Assembly (NCBI GenBank): GCA_030748735.1
Contig: JASMLK010000080.1
Span: forward strand, 16,697 to 80,696
Reading direction: 5' to 3'
DNA: 64,000 bases
Source of the DNA: Myxococcota bacterium
GTDB taxonomy: Bacteria > Myxococcota_A > UBA9160 > UBA4427
A model generated the notes under the pieces. That model was not told where the DNA came from and searched no databases. It was given only the letters and a program-made list of their open reading frames with translations. The number at the start of each line of letters is the position of its first letter. The first letter of the stretch is position 1. Below, in pieces: positions 54,180 to 63,339 of the stretch. The translations under genes were made by a program, and so were the position numbers.

Positions 54180-54755
54180 TCATCGGCGAATGCGCCGATC
54201 CTCCATAGTTCGAAGGGGTGTCGGCACGCGCCGCGCAACCATTCCCGAAACCGATCGCGCCATTCGGAGCGGCGCGTTCAGCCGGAACCGGGTTCCTGCG
54301 AGCGCGGGGTGTTGGGTTTGCGAACGATTGCGAGAAGGCTCTCTCCCAGCGGGAGGTCCCATCGCCGCAGCCAGGCGGCTTCGCTCGAGAAGGTCGCCTT
54401 GAGGAGCCCGTTCACCTGCGGCGTCGTCGAGCAGATGCTCGAGCACGTCGGTCGCGACGAGCCAATCGGCCGACTCGTTCGCCAGGGGAAGTCGCTCGAG
54501 ACTCCCCTGCAACACGCCGTCGTAACGCCCCTGGCACAAGTGGATCGCCTCGAGGCTCGGATCGACGGCGATCACCTTTCCGAACTGTCGCCAGACTTCC
54601 AGGTTCTGCCCCGAACCCGGACCGATGTCGTAGAAGCCCGAAGCCTCGGGATGCACCACGCCGTTGACGACCGCTCGCAAGATGCGTCGCCTTCCCTCGA
54701 ACCACCAATGCACGGCACCGAGTTCGGCTTCGATCGCGTATGCAGCTGCGTCCAT
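54180..54755 (-). CDS. Class I SAM-dependent methyltransferase, probable frameshift near 54420
   Basis: FYDIGPGSGQN is motif I, followed by ..LVATDVLEHLLDD. Beyond that, the listed frame turns R/P-rich. An alternative frame reads QVNGLLKATFSSEAAWLRRWDLPLGESLLAIVRKP.. and ends at 54278. Confidence 0.5.
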   Translation of the reverse strand: MDAAAYAIEAELGAVHWWFEGRRRILRAVVNGVVHPEASGFYDIGPGSGQNLEVWRQFGKVIAVDPSLEAIHLCQGRYDGVLQGSLERLPLANESADWLVATDVLEHLLDDAAGERAPQGDLLERSRLAAAMGPPAGREPSRNRSQTQHPALAGTRFRLNAPLRMARSVSGMVARRVPTPLRTMEDRRIRR

Positions 54756-54808
54756 GACCCCCTCGGCCTGGTTGGCTCTCGAGACTTCGCGGCTTCGAGG
54801 GGGGGCGT

Positions 54809-56017
54809 TCAGGCGAGAGACAGCAGACACCTTGCCAGGGTGTGGGCGTCGATGAGGGGCCAGCCGTTGTCTCGAACGAGGTCGAGGTCGAGGACTTCGA
54901 CTCCGACCTCCTTGGCCCGCGGGAGATCGAGCGGCGTTTCGTATGCACCGCCCCGTGAGTCGAGCGCGACGAGGTCGAGGATCCGCGCAACCGGCGTGTC
55001 TTCACCGGCGTCTCGTCGCACGGCCGCGATCAATGTCTCGATGCAATCACCCAGGGTCATCCCGACCTGCTCGGGGTCACACCCCATGTTGGGGATGAAG
55101 ACCTTGGAACACGGTGCTTCGGCGATCGCGCGCCCTACCCCGCGCACGAGGAGGTTGGCGAGCACGCTCGAATAGAAGCTCCCGGTCGGAAAACAGATGA
55201 GGTCCGCTTCGCGAATCAAGCGACACACCTTGTCGGCGGCGCGCACTTCGACCGGTGTGTCGTCCCGCATCGAGCGCACCAGATCGAGTTGGCGGATGCG
55301 GCTTTCGATCGGCGGTTCGTTCTTGCCGGTCAGTCGGTGCTGACCGACGACGCGGTCGCCGCTATCGAGGGTCGCGGCGATCTCCACATCTTCCGAGGTG
55401 ATCGGCAGCACCTGCCCCCGCACCTCGACGAGCTTCGAAAACAGGAAGAGCACCGCGTCGATGTCACCTTCGTTCGCGAGCAAGCCGCCCATGATGACGA
55501 GGTTGCCGATGCTCGCGCGACGCAGGTCGAAGTCCGAAGGCATGCGACTCTGGAACTCGCGCAGATGGGTACGCACGAGCCGCCGCAGGGGACCGGGCAC
55601 ACAGCGGACGAGTTCATGCTCGCCGGACACCAACGCATCCAACTCGACCCCGAGCGAGTTTGCCCCGCGATCTTCGGGCAGCCGATACGAGAACAGCCGG
55701 AAGATCTCTGGATTGCCGCGCGCGGTTTCGTCGGCCAGGGACATCATCCGCTGACGCAGATCGCCCACCGAGAGCACGCGAAACGCGCGGCGAATTTCTG
55801 CCGAGCTTCCACCGGAGTCGAAGGCCGTCATCAGGTGGATCGAGTTGTGGGTGTAGCGCTTGAGTTCGCGACTCGTCTTCGCGAGGGCCGAGCCGCCCGA
55901 AAAGAACAGGATCTTCGGCCCGAGTTCGGGGGCCCGCAGATAACGGTCGAGGCGCGCCGGGTCGGGGACGCGCGCCGCCCTTCGAATCTGTACTTCGATC
56001 GGCACTTTCACTCCCAT
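54809..56017 (-). CDS. CofD-like / YvcK (UPF0052) family protein
   Basis: KILFFSGGSALAKTSRELKRYTHNSIHLMTAFDSGGSSAEIRRAF matches the CofD-related fold signature. It lacks the context of a true F420 biosynthesis operon. Confidence 0.8.
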   Translation of the reverse strand: MGVKVPIEVQIRRAARVPDPARLDRYLRAPELGPKILFFSGGSALAKTSRELKRYTHNSIHLMTAFDSGGSSAEIRRAFRVLSVGDLRQRMMSLADETARGNPEIFRLFSYRLPEDRGANSLGVELDALVSGEHELVRCVPGPLRRLVRTHLREFQSRMPSDFDLRRASIGNLVIMGGLLANEGDIDAVLFLFSKLVEVRGQVLPITSEDVEIAATLDSGDRVVGQHRLTGKNEPPIESRIRQLDLVRSMRDDTPVEVRAADKVCRLIREADLICFPTGSFYSSVLANLLVRGVGRAIAEAPCSKVFIPNMGCDPEQVGMTLGDCIETLIAAVRRDAGEDTPVARILDLVALDSRGGAYETPLDLPRAKEVGVEVLDLDLVRDNGWPLIDAHTLARCLLSLA

Positions 56018-56114
56018 GCCGTCGTTGTCGTCACACGGGCAAGCGTACGACAGATTCGAAGCGCGGGGCGAACGAGTCGCGTGTCACACTCGTTGCGTGC
56101 GAAGTGCCGATCCT

Positions 56115-56762
56115 TCAGGCCTGCGGCGGGCGAACAGCGAGAAGTTCGATCGGGCGGTGTGATGCCCGATGCGCGCGAGCGGGTGGCACACCGAGCAGTC
56201 GAAGCTGGTGCTCGGCGATCTCGGCCCCGACTTTCGGGCCCGCACCTTCGCTCGTCCGCAGATAGACGCCCATCAGCCCGGTCGACATCATGAGGTCGAC
56301 GAGGAGATCGTCGACCTCGACGCGGAACACGCCGTCGCGCACCCCCCGATCGAGGTCGGCCCTTGCGAAGCTGGCTACTTCACGACGCAGAGCCGGTAGC
56401 GACCAGACCGCGCGCATGAGGGACTGTCCCCAGCTCGGCTCACTCGAAGCGAGTTCGATGAACTGACGGGTTCCGAAGCTCACGCGCTGCACTGCGTCGT
56501 CGATGTCCGCCATGGCGGCGTCGATGCGCTCGGCGAAGTCACGCGCGATACCGAATGCAACAGCGCCCACGAGTTCGTCTTTGTCGCGAAAATGGTTGTA
56601 GAACGTGCCGTTCGAGACATCGGCCGCGTGGGCAATCGCGTTGATCGACGCCGCCTCGATTCCGTGTTCCGCGAACTTCTCGGCGGCGGCGTCCATCAGG
56701 CGCGCCCGCGTCCGAACGCTCTTCCCCTCCCCCCGCACCCGCTCGGCAAACACCCCGGTCAC
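56115..56762 (-). CDS. TetR-family transcriptional regulator
   Basis: RTRARLMDAAAEKFAEHGIEAASINAIAHAADVSNGTFYNHFRDKDEL is a TetR helix-turn-helix. Confidence 0.85.
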   Translation of the reverse strand: MTGVFAERVRGEGKSVRTRARLMDAAAEKFAEHGIEAASINAIAHAADVSNGTFYNHFRDKDELVGAVAFGIARDFAERIDAAMADIDDAVQRVSFGTRQFIELASSEPSWGQSLMRAVWSLPALRREVASFARADLDRGVRDGVFRVEVDDLLVDLMMSTGLMGVYLRTSEGAGPKVGAEIAEHQLRLLGVPPARAHRASHRPIELLAVRPPQA

Positions 56763-56774
56763 GTGACATCCTTC

Positions 56775-56788
56775 GTCAAGAAATTGAC
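56775..56788. promoter_or_regulatory. Inverted repeat GTCAA-GAAA-TTGAC in the TetR/FAH divergent intergenic region (candidate operator)
   Basis: Seen at 56775..56788. TTGACAGAC and TTGGCAGAC direct repeats follow. Confidence 0.35.
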
Positions 56789-56819
56789 AGACCTCTCAAT
56801 TTTGGCAGACTTCCCAGAA

Positions 56820-58097
56820 ATGACAACTCGAATCACTCGACGATCCCTCCAACCTGTCTTCATTGCCCTGGTCGCCGGCCTGTTGGTCGCGGCCATGCCG
56901 CAGCCCGTCGCCGCCGGCGCCGGCCGCTGCCTCGACGCCGCCGGACTTCCGCGCGTTGCACGCGTCGTGGGTCCCGGTGGCGAAGCCGTCTATGTGAGCG
57001 TTGTCGAAGCGCGGGATGGTGCGCCGACGTCCGTGTCACCTCTCGCGCCGGCCGACACGCCGCTGGCCGAGGTGTTCGAACGCGCTTCCGGCCCAATCGG
57101 GCTCGACGCCGAGGTCTGGCGCATCGGCGAGGGCGAACGACGGGACCGTGTCTGCGCACCGGTCTCCGTCCCACAGAAAACCCTCCACGACGAAAGCGCA
57201 GTCATCGTCGCCGCGGGTCTCAACTACGCAGCACACGCCGACGAGGCCGGTGGTGGCGATGTCTTCCTGTTTCCGAAGCCCGTGGAACCGAGCGCGCCAT
57301 ACGGCTTCGTCGCGCCGCCCGATGGCGTCGTCTTGCTCGACTACGAAGTCGAACTCGCGTACGTGCTGCTCGAAGCCATCGATCTTTCGAACCGGCCCAG
57401 TCTCGACCACTTCCTCGCCAACGCCGCCTTCTTCGTTGCGAACGACATCACCGATCGCGAAGCCCTGCTGCGACGCATTGGCCTCGCGCCACCCGGCACG
57501 GGCTTCGTCGAAGCCAAGGGCCAACCCAACTTCCTGCCCGCCGGTCCCTGGATGGTACGCGGCAGCGAACTCTTCGAGGCACTCGAGCGCTGCGGCGAAA
57601 CGGGGCTGGGGATCCGCCTGGCAGTCGACGAGGGGGACGGTTTCGTCGAACGGCAAAGCGCGACGACGGCCGCCATGATCGTGAAACCCATCGACCTGCT
57701 CGAAAAGATCGCGACCCAGATCCAGAGCGAAGGCCTGCGTACCCACATGCCCTTCGAAACCCGGGATGAAACGCGCCACTACCCGTTCGCCGTGCAGTCG
57801 AGCCCACAATCCCCTCCAATGCTTCCCGCTGGGACCATCGTGGTCACGGGCACGCCCGAAGGGGTTGCGATGCAGGCCCCCGACATCCTCGGCGTGACGT
57901 GGCGCGGCCTGCTTCGCCTGCGAGGCCCGATCGATCAGTTCCGACTCGAACAGGTTGCCCGGGCAAAGAGCGCCGAACCCGGTGGCTATCTCGCACCGGG
58001 CGATCGCGTGCGCGCGTCGATCGACGGACTCGGCGCCCAGGAGTTCGACATTCACCCCCCAGGCACACCGATCCAGCAGGATCCGTGTGGCGAATAG
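56820..58097 (+). CDS. Fumarylacetoacetate hydrolase (FAH)-family protein with signal peptide
   Basis: Signal peptide ..LLVAAMPQPVAAGAG. GLNYAAHADE.., FLFPKP.., LDYEVELAYVL and GTPEGV are FAH-fold motifs. Confidence 0.8.
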   Translation: MTTRITRRSLQPVFIALVAGLLVAAMPQPVAAGAGRCLDAAGLPRVARVVGPGGEAVYVSVVEARDGAPTSVSPLAPADTPLAEVFERASGPIGLDAEVWRIGEGERRDRVCAPVSVPQKTLHDESAVIVAAGLNYAAHADEAGGGDVFLFPKPVEPSAPYGFVAPPDGVVLLDYEVELAYVLLEAIDLSNRPSLDHFLANAAFFVANDITDREALLRRIGLAPPGTGFVEAKGQPNFLPAGPWMVRGSELFEALERCGETGLGIRLAVDEGDGFVERQSATTAAMIVKPIDLLEKIATQIQSEGLRTHMPFETRDETRHYPFAVQSSPQSPPMLPAGTIVVTGTPEGVAMQAPDILGVTWRGLLRLRGPIDQFRLEQVARAKSAEPGGYLAPGDRVRASIDGLGAQEFDIHPPGTPIQQDPCGE

Positions 58098-58109
58098 GAA
58101 ATTCCTTCG

Positions 58110-58399
58110 GTGCCTTCGCCACGCACACAGTTGTGGACTCGAATCGCCCTCACGATCACGGCACTCGAGTTCTTCGGACCGGTGGTCCGCGACTACCATC
58201 CGAGCCACGCCTTCAACCCCGAATGGGTGAGGCACGCGCGCGTCCACCTGGTGTGGCTGCTCGGGTTGGCCGAAGTGCCTCCGGGCGTGCTCTTCTTTCT
58301 ATTGGATCCCGAAGCCAACAGCGGTGCACTCATCGTCCAGGATCTCGACCACGAAGCCGCCTTCATGTTGCCGTTCGATCCCGAAAGCGAAACCGTCGA
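58110..58399 (+). CDS. Hypothetical membrane-like N-terminal fragment
   Basis: WTRIALTITALEFFGPVVRDYHPSHAFNPEWVRHARVHLVWLLGLAEVPPGVLFFLL looks protein-like. Beyond ~58400 the listed ORF is the out-of-frame shadow of the DDN fragment. Confidence 0.3.
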
Positions 58400-58606
58400 C
58401 ATCCACTGTGGTTCCGCAACCTGCAGGCGGACCCGGAATGCGATGTACAGGTCGGGGCGAAGGCCGTGCATGCCTGCGCGCGGGTCGCCGAAGGGGCGGA
58501 ACGTGAGGAGATCTGGGACAGGATGTGCGAGATCTACCCTCCCTACGTCGACTACCAGAACAACACCGAACGCACGATCCCGGTCGTCGTACTCGACCCG
58601 GCCTGA
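58397..58606 (+). pseudogene. C-terminal fragment of a DDN-like deazaflavin-dependent nitroreductase
   Basis: RHPLWFRNLQADPECDVQVGAKAVHACARVAEGAEREEIWDRMCEIYPPYVDYQNNTERTIPVVVLDPA* matches the last ~40 percent of DDN proteins. It has no N-terminal half and no start codon in its frame. Confidence 0.45.
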
Positions 58607-58700
58607 GCGGCCCGAACCACAACTTGCTTCAATTAATAAGGTTTTTTGGACACCGGTCCGTGCTTGAGTTTTTCGTGAACTCTCTTTACTTTTCGCGGTC

Positions 58701-59480
58701 GTGGTTCACGAAGTCATCGACCTCCAACAGGCCCGGCACTCGCCGCGGGTCGCGCGCAAGCGACAGGCGCGCATCCGCGAGATCGTCTGCGCCGCGCTTG
58801 CAATGCTGCGCGACGAAGGAAACGACGCGCTGACCCTCGGACGCGTGGCGACACGCCTCGGTCTCACGACGGCTGCGCTCTATCGCTACTTCCCGTCGAA
58901 GGATGCTCTCGATGCCGAGTTGCAGCGTGCGGTGATCGCTGCGCTGGTGGCTTCGGTGCGCGAGCGCACCGAAGCAGCCGACGCATACGCGGTGCGCGAA
59001 GCGCTCTGCGAACGCGATCGCGCCCTGCTCGCGATCGTGGTGACCGCACTGGTCTTCGAGCGCTTCGCCGAAACCTCGCCGGCGGAATTCGGTTGCCTCA
59101 CGCGCAACCTCAGCACGCCCGATCACGTGTTGCCCGACCGCGAAGCCGCCCACGTATTCGAAGCTGCGTGGTCGGCGCTGGTCGACCTCGCCGTGCGCAT
59201 CGAAGTCGCGCAAGGCTGTGACGTGCTGAGCCAAGGCGACCCGAACGAGCGCGCGGTTGCGCTATGGGCCGCACTTCAAGGCGTCGTGCAAACGCGCAAG
59301 CTCGTGCGAAGCGCGCGCGGCCGCATCGAACCCGGACGCGTTGCACAGAGCCTGGTGCGTTCGCTGCTCGTGGGCTGGGGCGCCGCGCACGACGCAGCAC
59401 AAGACGTACTCGATCTCGCCGAACGCGAAGGCTTCGCGGACGAGCTGGCTTCGACGCTCGATTTCCTCCATACGAATTGA
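58701..59480 (+). CDS. TetR-family transcriptional regulator
   Basis: RIREIVCAALAMLRDEGNDALTLGRVATRLGLTTAALYRYFPSKDAL is a TetR helix-turn-helix. An unusually AT-rich intergenic region lies upstream (58607..58700). Confidence 0.85.
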   Translation: MVHEVIDLQQARHSPRVARKRQARIREIVCAALAMLRDEGNDALTLGRVATRLGLTTAALYRYFPSKDALDAELQRAVIAALVASVRERTEAADAYAVREALCERDRALLAIVVTALVFERFAETSPAEFGCLTRNLSTPDHVLPDREAAHVFEAAWSALVDLAVRIEVAQGCDVLSQGDPNERAVALWAALQGVVQTRKLVRSARGRIEPGRVAQSLVRSLLVGWGAAHDAAQDVLDLAEREGFADELASTLDFLHTN

Positions 59481-59493
59481 ACAGGAACAGCCC

Positions 59494-61251
59494 ATGAGCA
59501 AGCACGACCTCGTGATCCGTGGTGGAACCCTCGTCGACGGCACCGGCGGACAGGTCCGTCGGGCCGACATCGCGATCGACGGCGATCGCATTGCGGCCGT
59601 GGCAAGTCGCGTCGGCGAAGGCGCGCGCGAAATCGACGCCACGGGCCTGATCGTCACGCCCGGTTGGGTCGACATCCATGCCCACTACGACGCACAAGCA
59701 ACCTGGGACCCCTACCTGTCTCCGTCTTCCGAACACGGCGTCACCACCGTAGTCATCGGAAACTGCGGGGTCGGCTTCGCGCCGGTGAAAGAAGACCTGC
59801 GCAACGACCTGATCGACCTGATGGAAGCGGTCGAAGACATCCCCGGCTCCGCGATGCACGAAGGCATTCAATGGGAATGGGAGACCTTTCCCGAGTACAT
59901 GGATGCCCTCGACCGCCGCGAGCACGCGATCGACTACGGCCTGCAAGTGCCCCACTGCGCACTTCGCGCCTACGTGATGGGCGAGCGCGGCATCAACAAC
60001 GAACCCGCGACAGCCGACGACATCGCAAAGATGCAGAGCATCGTGCGCGAAGCCCTGCAACACGGTGCGCTCGGCTTTTCGACATCGCGCACCGAAATGC
60101 ACAACACCAAGGAGGGGGCCCCCGTCCCCGGCACATTCGCGGAACGCGACGAGCTGTTCGGCATCGGCGAAGCCCTCGGGGCCGAAGATGCCGGTGTCTT
60201 CCAGATGAGCCTGACCCATCGCGATGTGCCGAAAGAAATGGGCTGGATGACCGATCTCGCCGAAGAGACCGGACGCATGGTGACCTTCAACCTGCAACAG
60301 ATCGACGAGAACCCCGAACTCTACAAGGAAGGCTTGAAGGGCCTCGACGAAGCCCGCGCCAGGGGGATCACGAACCTGCGCGGCCAGTTTTCGGGGCGCC
60401 CCGTCGGTGTGCTGATGGGTTGGCAAACGAGTGTCCATCCCTTCTTCGGCCACCCTGAGTACCAGAAGTGGCGCAAGCTCCCGATCGACGAAATGCGCGC
60501 GAAACTGCGCGAACCCGAAGTGAAGGCGCGGCTGCTCGAAGGGGGAGAGCTCCTCACGAACGCCCTTCCGCCGAAGGCCGCCATCCCGCTACCCATGCTG
60601 AAGTTCCTGACGGGGTCGACGCAGAAGATGTATCCGATGGGCGGCGGCCACGACTACGAACCCGCACCCGAGCAGTCGGTGAAGGGCATCATGGAAGCGA
60701 CGGGCAAGAGCGCTGCCGAGGTCGTCTACGACGCGCTGATGGACCTCGACGGCAAGGGACTGATCTACTTCCCGCTCTTCGGTTACGCGACCGAACGCTT
60801 CGACGCGATCGAAGAAACCATGCGTCACCCGCAGACGGGCCTGAGCCTCGCCGACGGCGGCGCCCACTGCGGTGCCGTGTGCGACGGCAGCACACCGACC
60901 TTCATGCTGATGCACTGGGCCCGCGACCGGAAACGAGGCGAGCGCATGCCGCTGGAATTCATCGTGAAGCGACAGACGATGGACACCGCCCACCAATACG
61001 GCCTGTTCGATCGCGGCATCATCGAACCGGGCCTCAAGGCCGACGTCAACGTGATCGACTACGACCGCCTGGGCCTTACGGCGCCCGAGATGCGCTTCGA
61101 CTTCCCGGCTTCGGGACGTCGCTTGTATCAGGCCGCCACCGGCTACGTCGCCACGGTGTGTTCGGGCAAGGTGATCTACGAAGACGGCGAACGGACCGGC
61201 GAGCTGCCGGGCCGTCTGATCCGGGGAGAGCAGCCGGCTCCGCAGGGATAG
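59494..61251 (+). CDS. N-acyl-D-amino-acid deacylase (D-aminoacylase)-family amidohydrolase
   Basis: [44 protein letters not shown] is the family N-terminus with the HxH metal motif. Confidence 0.85.
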   Translation: MSKHDLVIRGGTLVDGTGGQVRRADIAIDGDRIAAVASRVGEGAREIDATGLIVTPGWVDIHAHYDAQATWDPYLSPSSEHGVTTVVIGNCGVGFAPVKEDLRNDLIDLMEAVEDIPGSAMHEGIQWEWETFPEYMDALDRREHAIDYGLQVPHCALRAYVMGERGINNEPATADDIAKMQSIVREALQHGALGFSTSRTEMHNTKEGAPVPGTFAERDELFGIGEALGAEDAGVFQMSLTHRDVPKEMGWMTDLAEETGRMVTFNLQQIDENPELYKEGLKGLDEARARGITNLRGQFSGRPVGVLMGWQTSVHPFFGHPEYQKWRKLPIDEMRAKLREPEVKARLLEGGELLTNALPPKAAIPLPMLKFLTGSTQKMYPMGGGHDYEPAPEQSVKGIMEATGKSAAEVVYDALMDLDGKGLIYFPLFGYATERFDAIEETMRHPQTGLSLADGGAHCGAVCDGSTPTFMLMHWARDRKRGERMPLEFIVKRQTMDTAHQYGLFDRGIIEPGLKADVNVIDYDRLGLTAPEMRFDFPASGRRLYQAATGYVATVCSGKVIYEDGERTGELPGRLIRGEQPAPQG

Positions 61252-61297
61252 CTGGTATCGTGTCGACTTGCCCTGCGCCCATGCACCCGGAGTCGAC

Positions 61298-62200
61298 ATG
61301 GCAGACAGCTTCGACGAAATCGAACTCACGCGAGGCACGCTTCGCTTTCGCGCGCTCACGAGCGGCTTCACGAGCAACCCCGACGGCCCCGTCGTCTTGT
61401 GCCTGCACGGCTTCCCCGACGACGCGCGCAGCTTTCGCTTTCAGTTGCCCGCCTTCGACAAGGCGGGATACCGCGTCGTGGCGCCCTGGTTGCGCGGCTA
61501 CGAGCCCGGCTCGCAACCGGATGACGGCGACTATTCCCTCGAAGCGCTGGGGCACGACGTCGTTGCATGGATCGACGAACTCGGTGTCGATCGCGTCCAC
61601 CTCGTCGGTCACGACTGGGGTGCTGCGGTCACCTATGTTGCTGGCGCCATCGCGCCCGAGCGGTTCGAATCGCTGGCAACGATCGCAGTTCCCCACGCCG
61701 CAAGATTGACCGAGGGCATTCGCGCCGTACCCGTCCAGCTGCGCAAGTCGTGGTACATGACCTTCTTCCAGCTGCGCGGCGTGGCGGAGTGGGCGGTCGA
61801 ACGAAACGACTGGGCGCTCGTGAAACGGCTGTGGCGCGACTGGTCGCCCGACTTCACGTTGCCCGAAGCAGAATGGTCTTCGCTGCGCGAAACCTTCGAG
61901 GCTCGGGGCGTAAAGAAGGCGATGCTTGCGTACTACCGCCAGAACGCCTCACCCGCCGTCATGCTCGGCTGGAAGACCACCGCCGCGATGAAGCGCACGA
62001 CGGTCCCCGTTCCCACCCTCGCGATCACGGGCGAAGACGATGGCTGCATGGACACCCGCCTCTACGACCACGTCTTCCACGACGAAGACTTCCCGCGCAG
62101 CGTCGAGGTGAAGCGAATCTCGGGTGCGGGTCACTTCGCGCACCAGGAGAAGCCCGACGAACTCAACACCCTGCTTCTGGGCTGGTTCGCGGGCTGCTAA
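61298..62200 (+). CDS. Alpha/beta hydrolase (epoxide-hydrolase/haloalkane-dehalogenase-like)
   Basis: VVLCLHGFPDD.., the nucleophile elbow LVGHDWGAAV, and C-terminal GAGHFAHQEKPDE. Confidence 0.85.
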   Translation: MADSFDEIELTRGTLRFRALTSGFTSNPDGPVVLCLHGFPDDARSFRFQLPAFDKAGYRVVAPWLRGYEPGSQPDDGDYSLEALGHDVVAWIDELGVDRVHLVGHDWGAAVTYVAGAIAPERFESLATIAVPHAARLTEGIRAVPVQLRKSWYMTFFQLRGVAEWAVERNDWALVKRLWRDWSPDFTLPEAEWSSLRETFEARGVKKAMLAYYRQNASPAVMLGWKTTAAMKRTTVPVPTLAITGEDDGCMDTRLYDHVFHDEDFPRSVEVKRISGAGHFAHQEKPDELNTLLLGWFAGC

Positions 62201-63339
62201 CCGAGCAAGCGGCTCGGCAGATCACCGGGGCGTTCGCAGCAGAGTTGTTCGAGCACCTGCTGGAACTGCCGGGTCAGGATGTCGATCGTGTGGCGCCCGC
62301 CCTGGTTGCCGAGGGCGGCCACGCCGTACATGAAGGCGCGACCGAGAAAGGTGAATTCGGCACCCGCGGCCATGGCGCGTGCGATGTCGGGACCGGAGCG
62401 GATGCCGCTGTCCATCATGATGGTCGTGCGGTCTGCGAACGCTTCGGCGATCTCGCAGAGTGTGCGGATCGACGATGGCCCTGCATCGAGTTGCCGCCCC
62501 CCGTGGTTCGAAACGATCACGCCGTCGATCCCCATGCCGATCGCCTTTTCGGTGTCTTCGACGCTCGCCACCCCCTTCAGCACGAGCTTGCCCTTCCACT
62601 GGTCGCGGATCGGCGCGATGCGTTCGAAGTCGAGTCGGCCGTCGAAGGTTTCGTCCATGAAGGTGCCGAGTTGTTCGAGGTCGAGGCCTTCCGGCATGTA
62701 GGGCTCGAGGTTTGCGAACCCCGGCCTGCCAGCCGCGAGTGACTGCAGCGCCCAGGCGGGGCGACCGAACATCTGCACGACGTTGCGCGCGGTCATACGC
62801 GGCGGGAGTCCCAGGCCATTTCGGATGTCACGCGGGCGATAGCCGAAGGTGGGTACGTCACACAGGATCACCAACACCGGACAGCCAGCCTCTCGTGCAC
62901 GCATGATCAGCGCGTCGCGCAAGCGATCTTCCTTCGGCCGGTACAGCTGAAACCACGCACGCCCTTCGCTGATTTCGCTGATCGTTTCGATGCTGCTGGT
63001 CGAAACCGTGCTCAAGATGAACGGAAGATTGTTGTCGCGTGCCGCGCGAGCCAGGATCTCGGGCGAACGCGGCCAGACGAGTCCCTGCAAGCCGATGGGT
63101 GCCACGCCGAAGGGCGCGTCGTACGTGTGACCGAACAACTCGCTGCGCAAGTCGGCACCCTTGTAGGCGTCGAGGTAGTGCGGGCGAAGCTGCAGCTCCC
63201 GCAGCTCGCTGGTGTTGCGCGCGAGGTTCACGTCTTCGTTGCAGCCGCCGTCGAGATACTCGAAGGCAAAGCGAGGGATGCGCGCCCTTGCGCGTGCGCG
63301 CAGGTCGTCGACGCTGGGATATCGCGGGTCCGAAGTCAT
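62197..63339 (-). CDS. FMN-dependent alpha-hydroxy-acid dehydrogenase/oxidase (LldD/glycolate-oxidase family)
   Basis: FAFEYLDGG.., PFGVAPIG, VSNHGGRQLD and DSGIRSGPDIARA are family signatures. Start at ATG 63339 overlaps the upstream stop (ATGA). Confidence 0.9.
   Translation of the reverse strand: MTSDPRYPSVDDLRARARARIPRFAFEYLDGGCNEDVNLARNTSELRELQLRPHYLDAYKGADLRSELFGHTYDAPFGVAPIGLQGLVWPRSPEILARAARDNNLPFILSTVSTSSIETISEISEGRAWFQLYRPKEDRLRDALIMRAREAGCPVLVILCDVPTFGYRPRDIRNGLGLPPRMTARNVVQMFGRPAWALQSLAAGRPGFANLEPYMPEGLDLEQLGTFMDETFDGRLDFERIAPIRDQWKGKLVLKGVASVEDTEKAIGMGIDGVIVSNHGGRQLDAGPSSIRTLCEIAEAFADRTTIMMDSGIRSGPDIARAMAAGAEFTFLGRAFMYGVAALGNQGGRHTIDILTRQFQQVLEQLCCERPGDLPSRLLG

Noticed and set aside
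54809-56017. Calling this gene cofD (F420 biosynthesis 2-phospho-L-lactate transferase).
   Set aside because: It shares only the general CofD/YvcK fold motifs. There are no other cof/fbi genes nearby, and it sits in an ion-transport cluster. I kept it as CofD-like.
58607-58700. AT-rich stretch with a T-run (AAGGTTTTTTGG), considered as a rho-independent terminator.
   Set aside because: No convincing GC-rich stem precedes the T-run. It is more likely the promoter region of the TetR gene at 58701.
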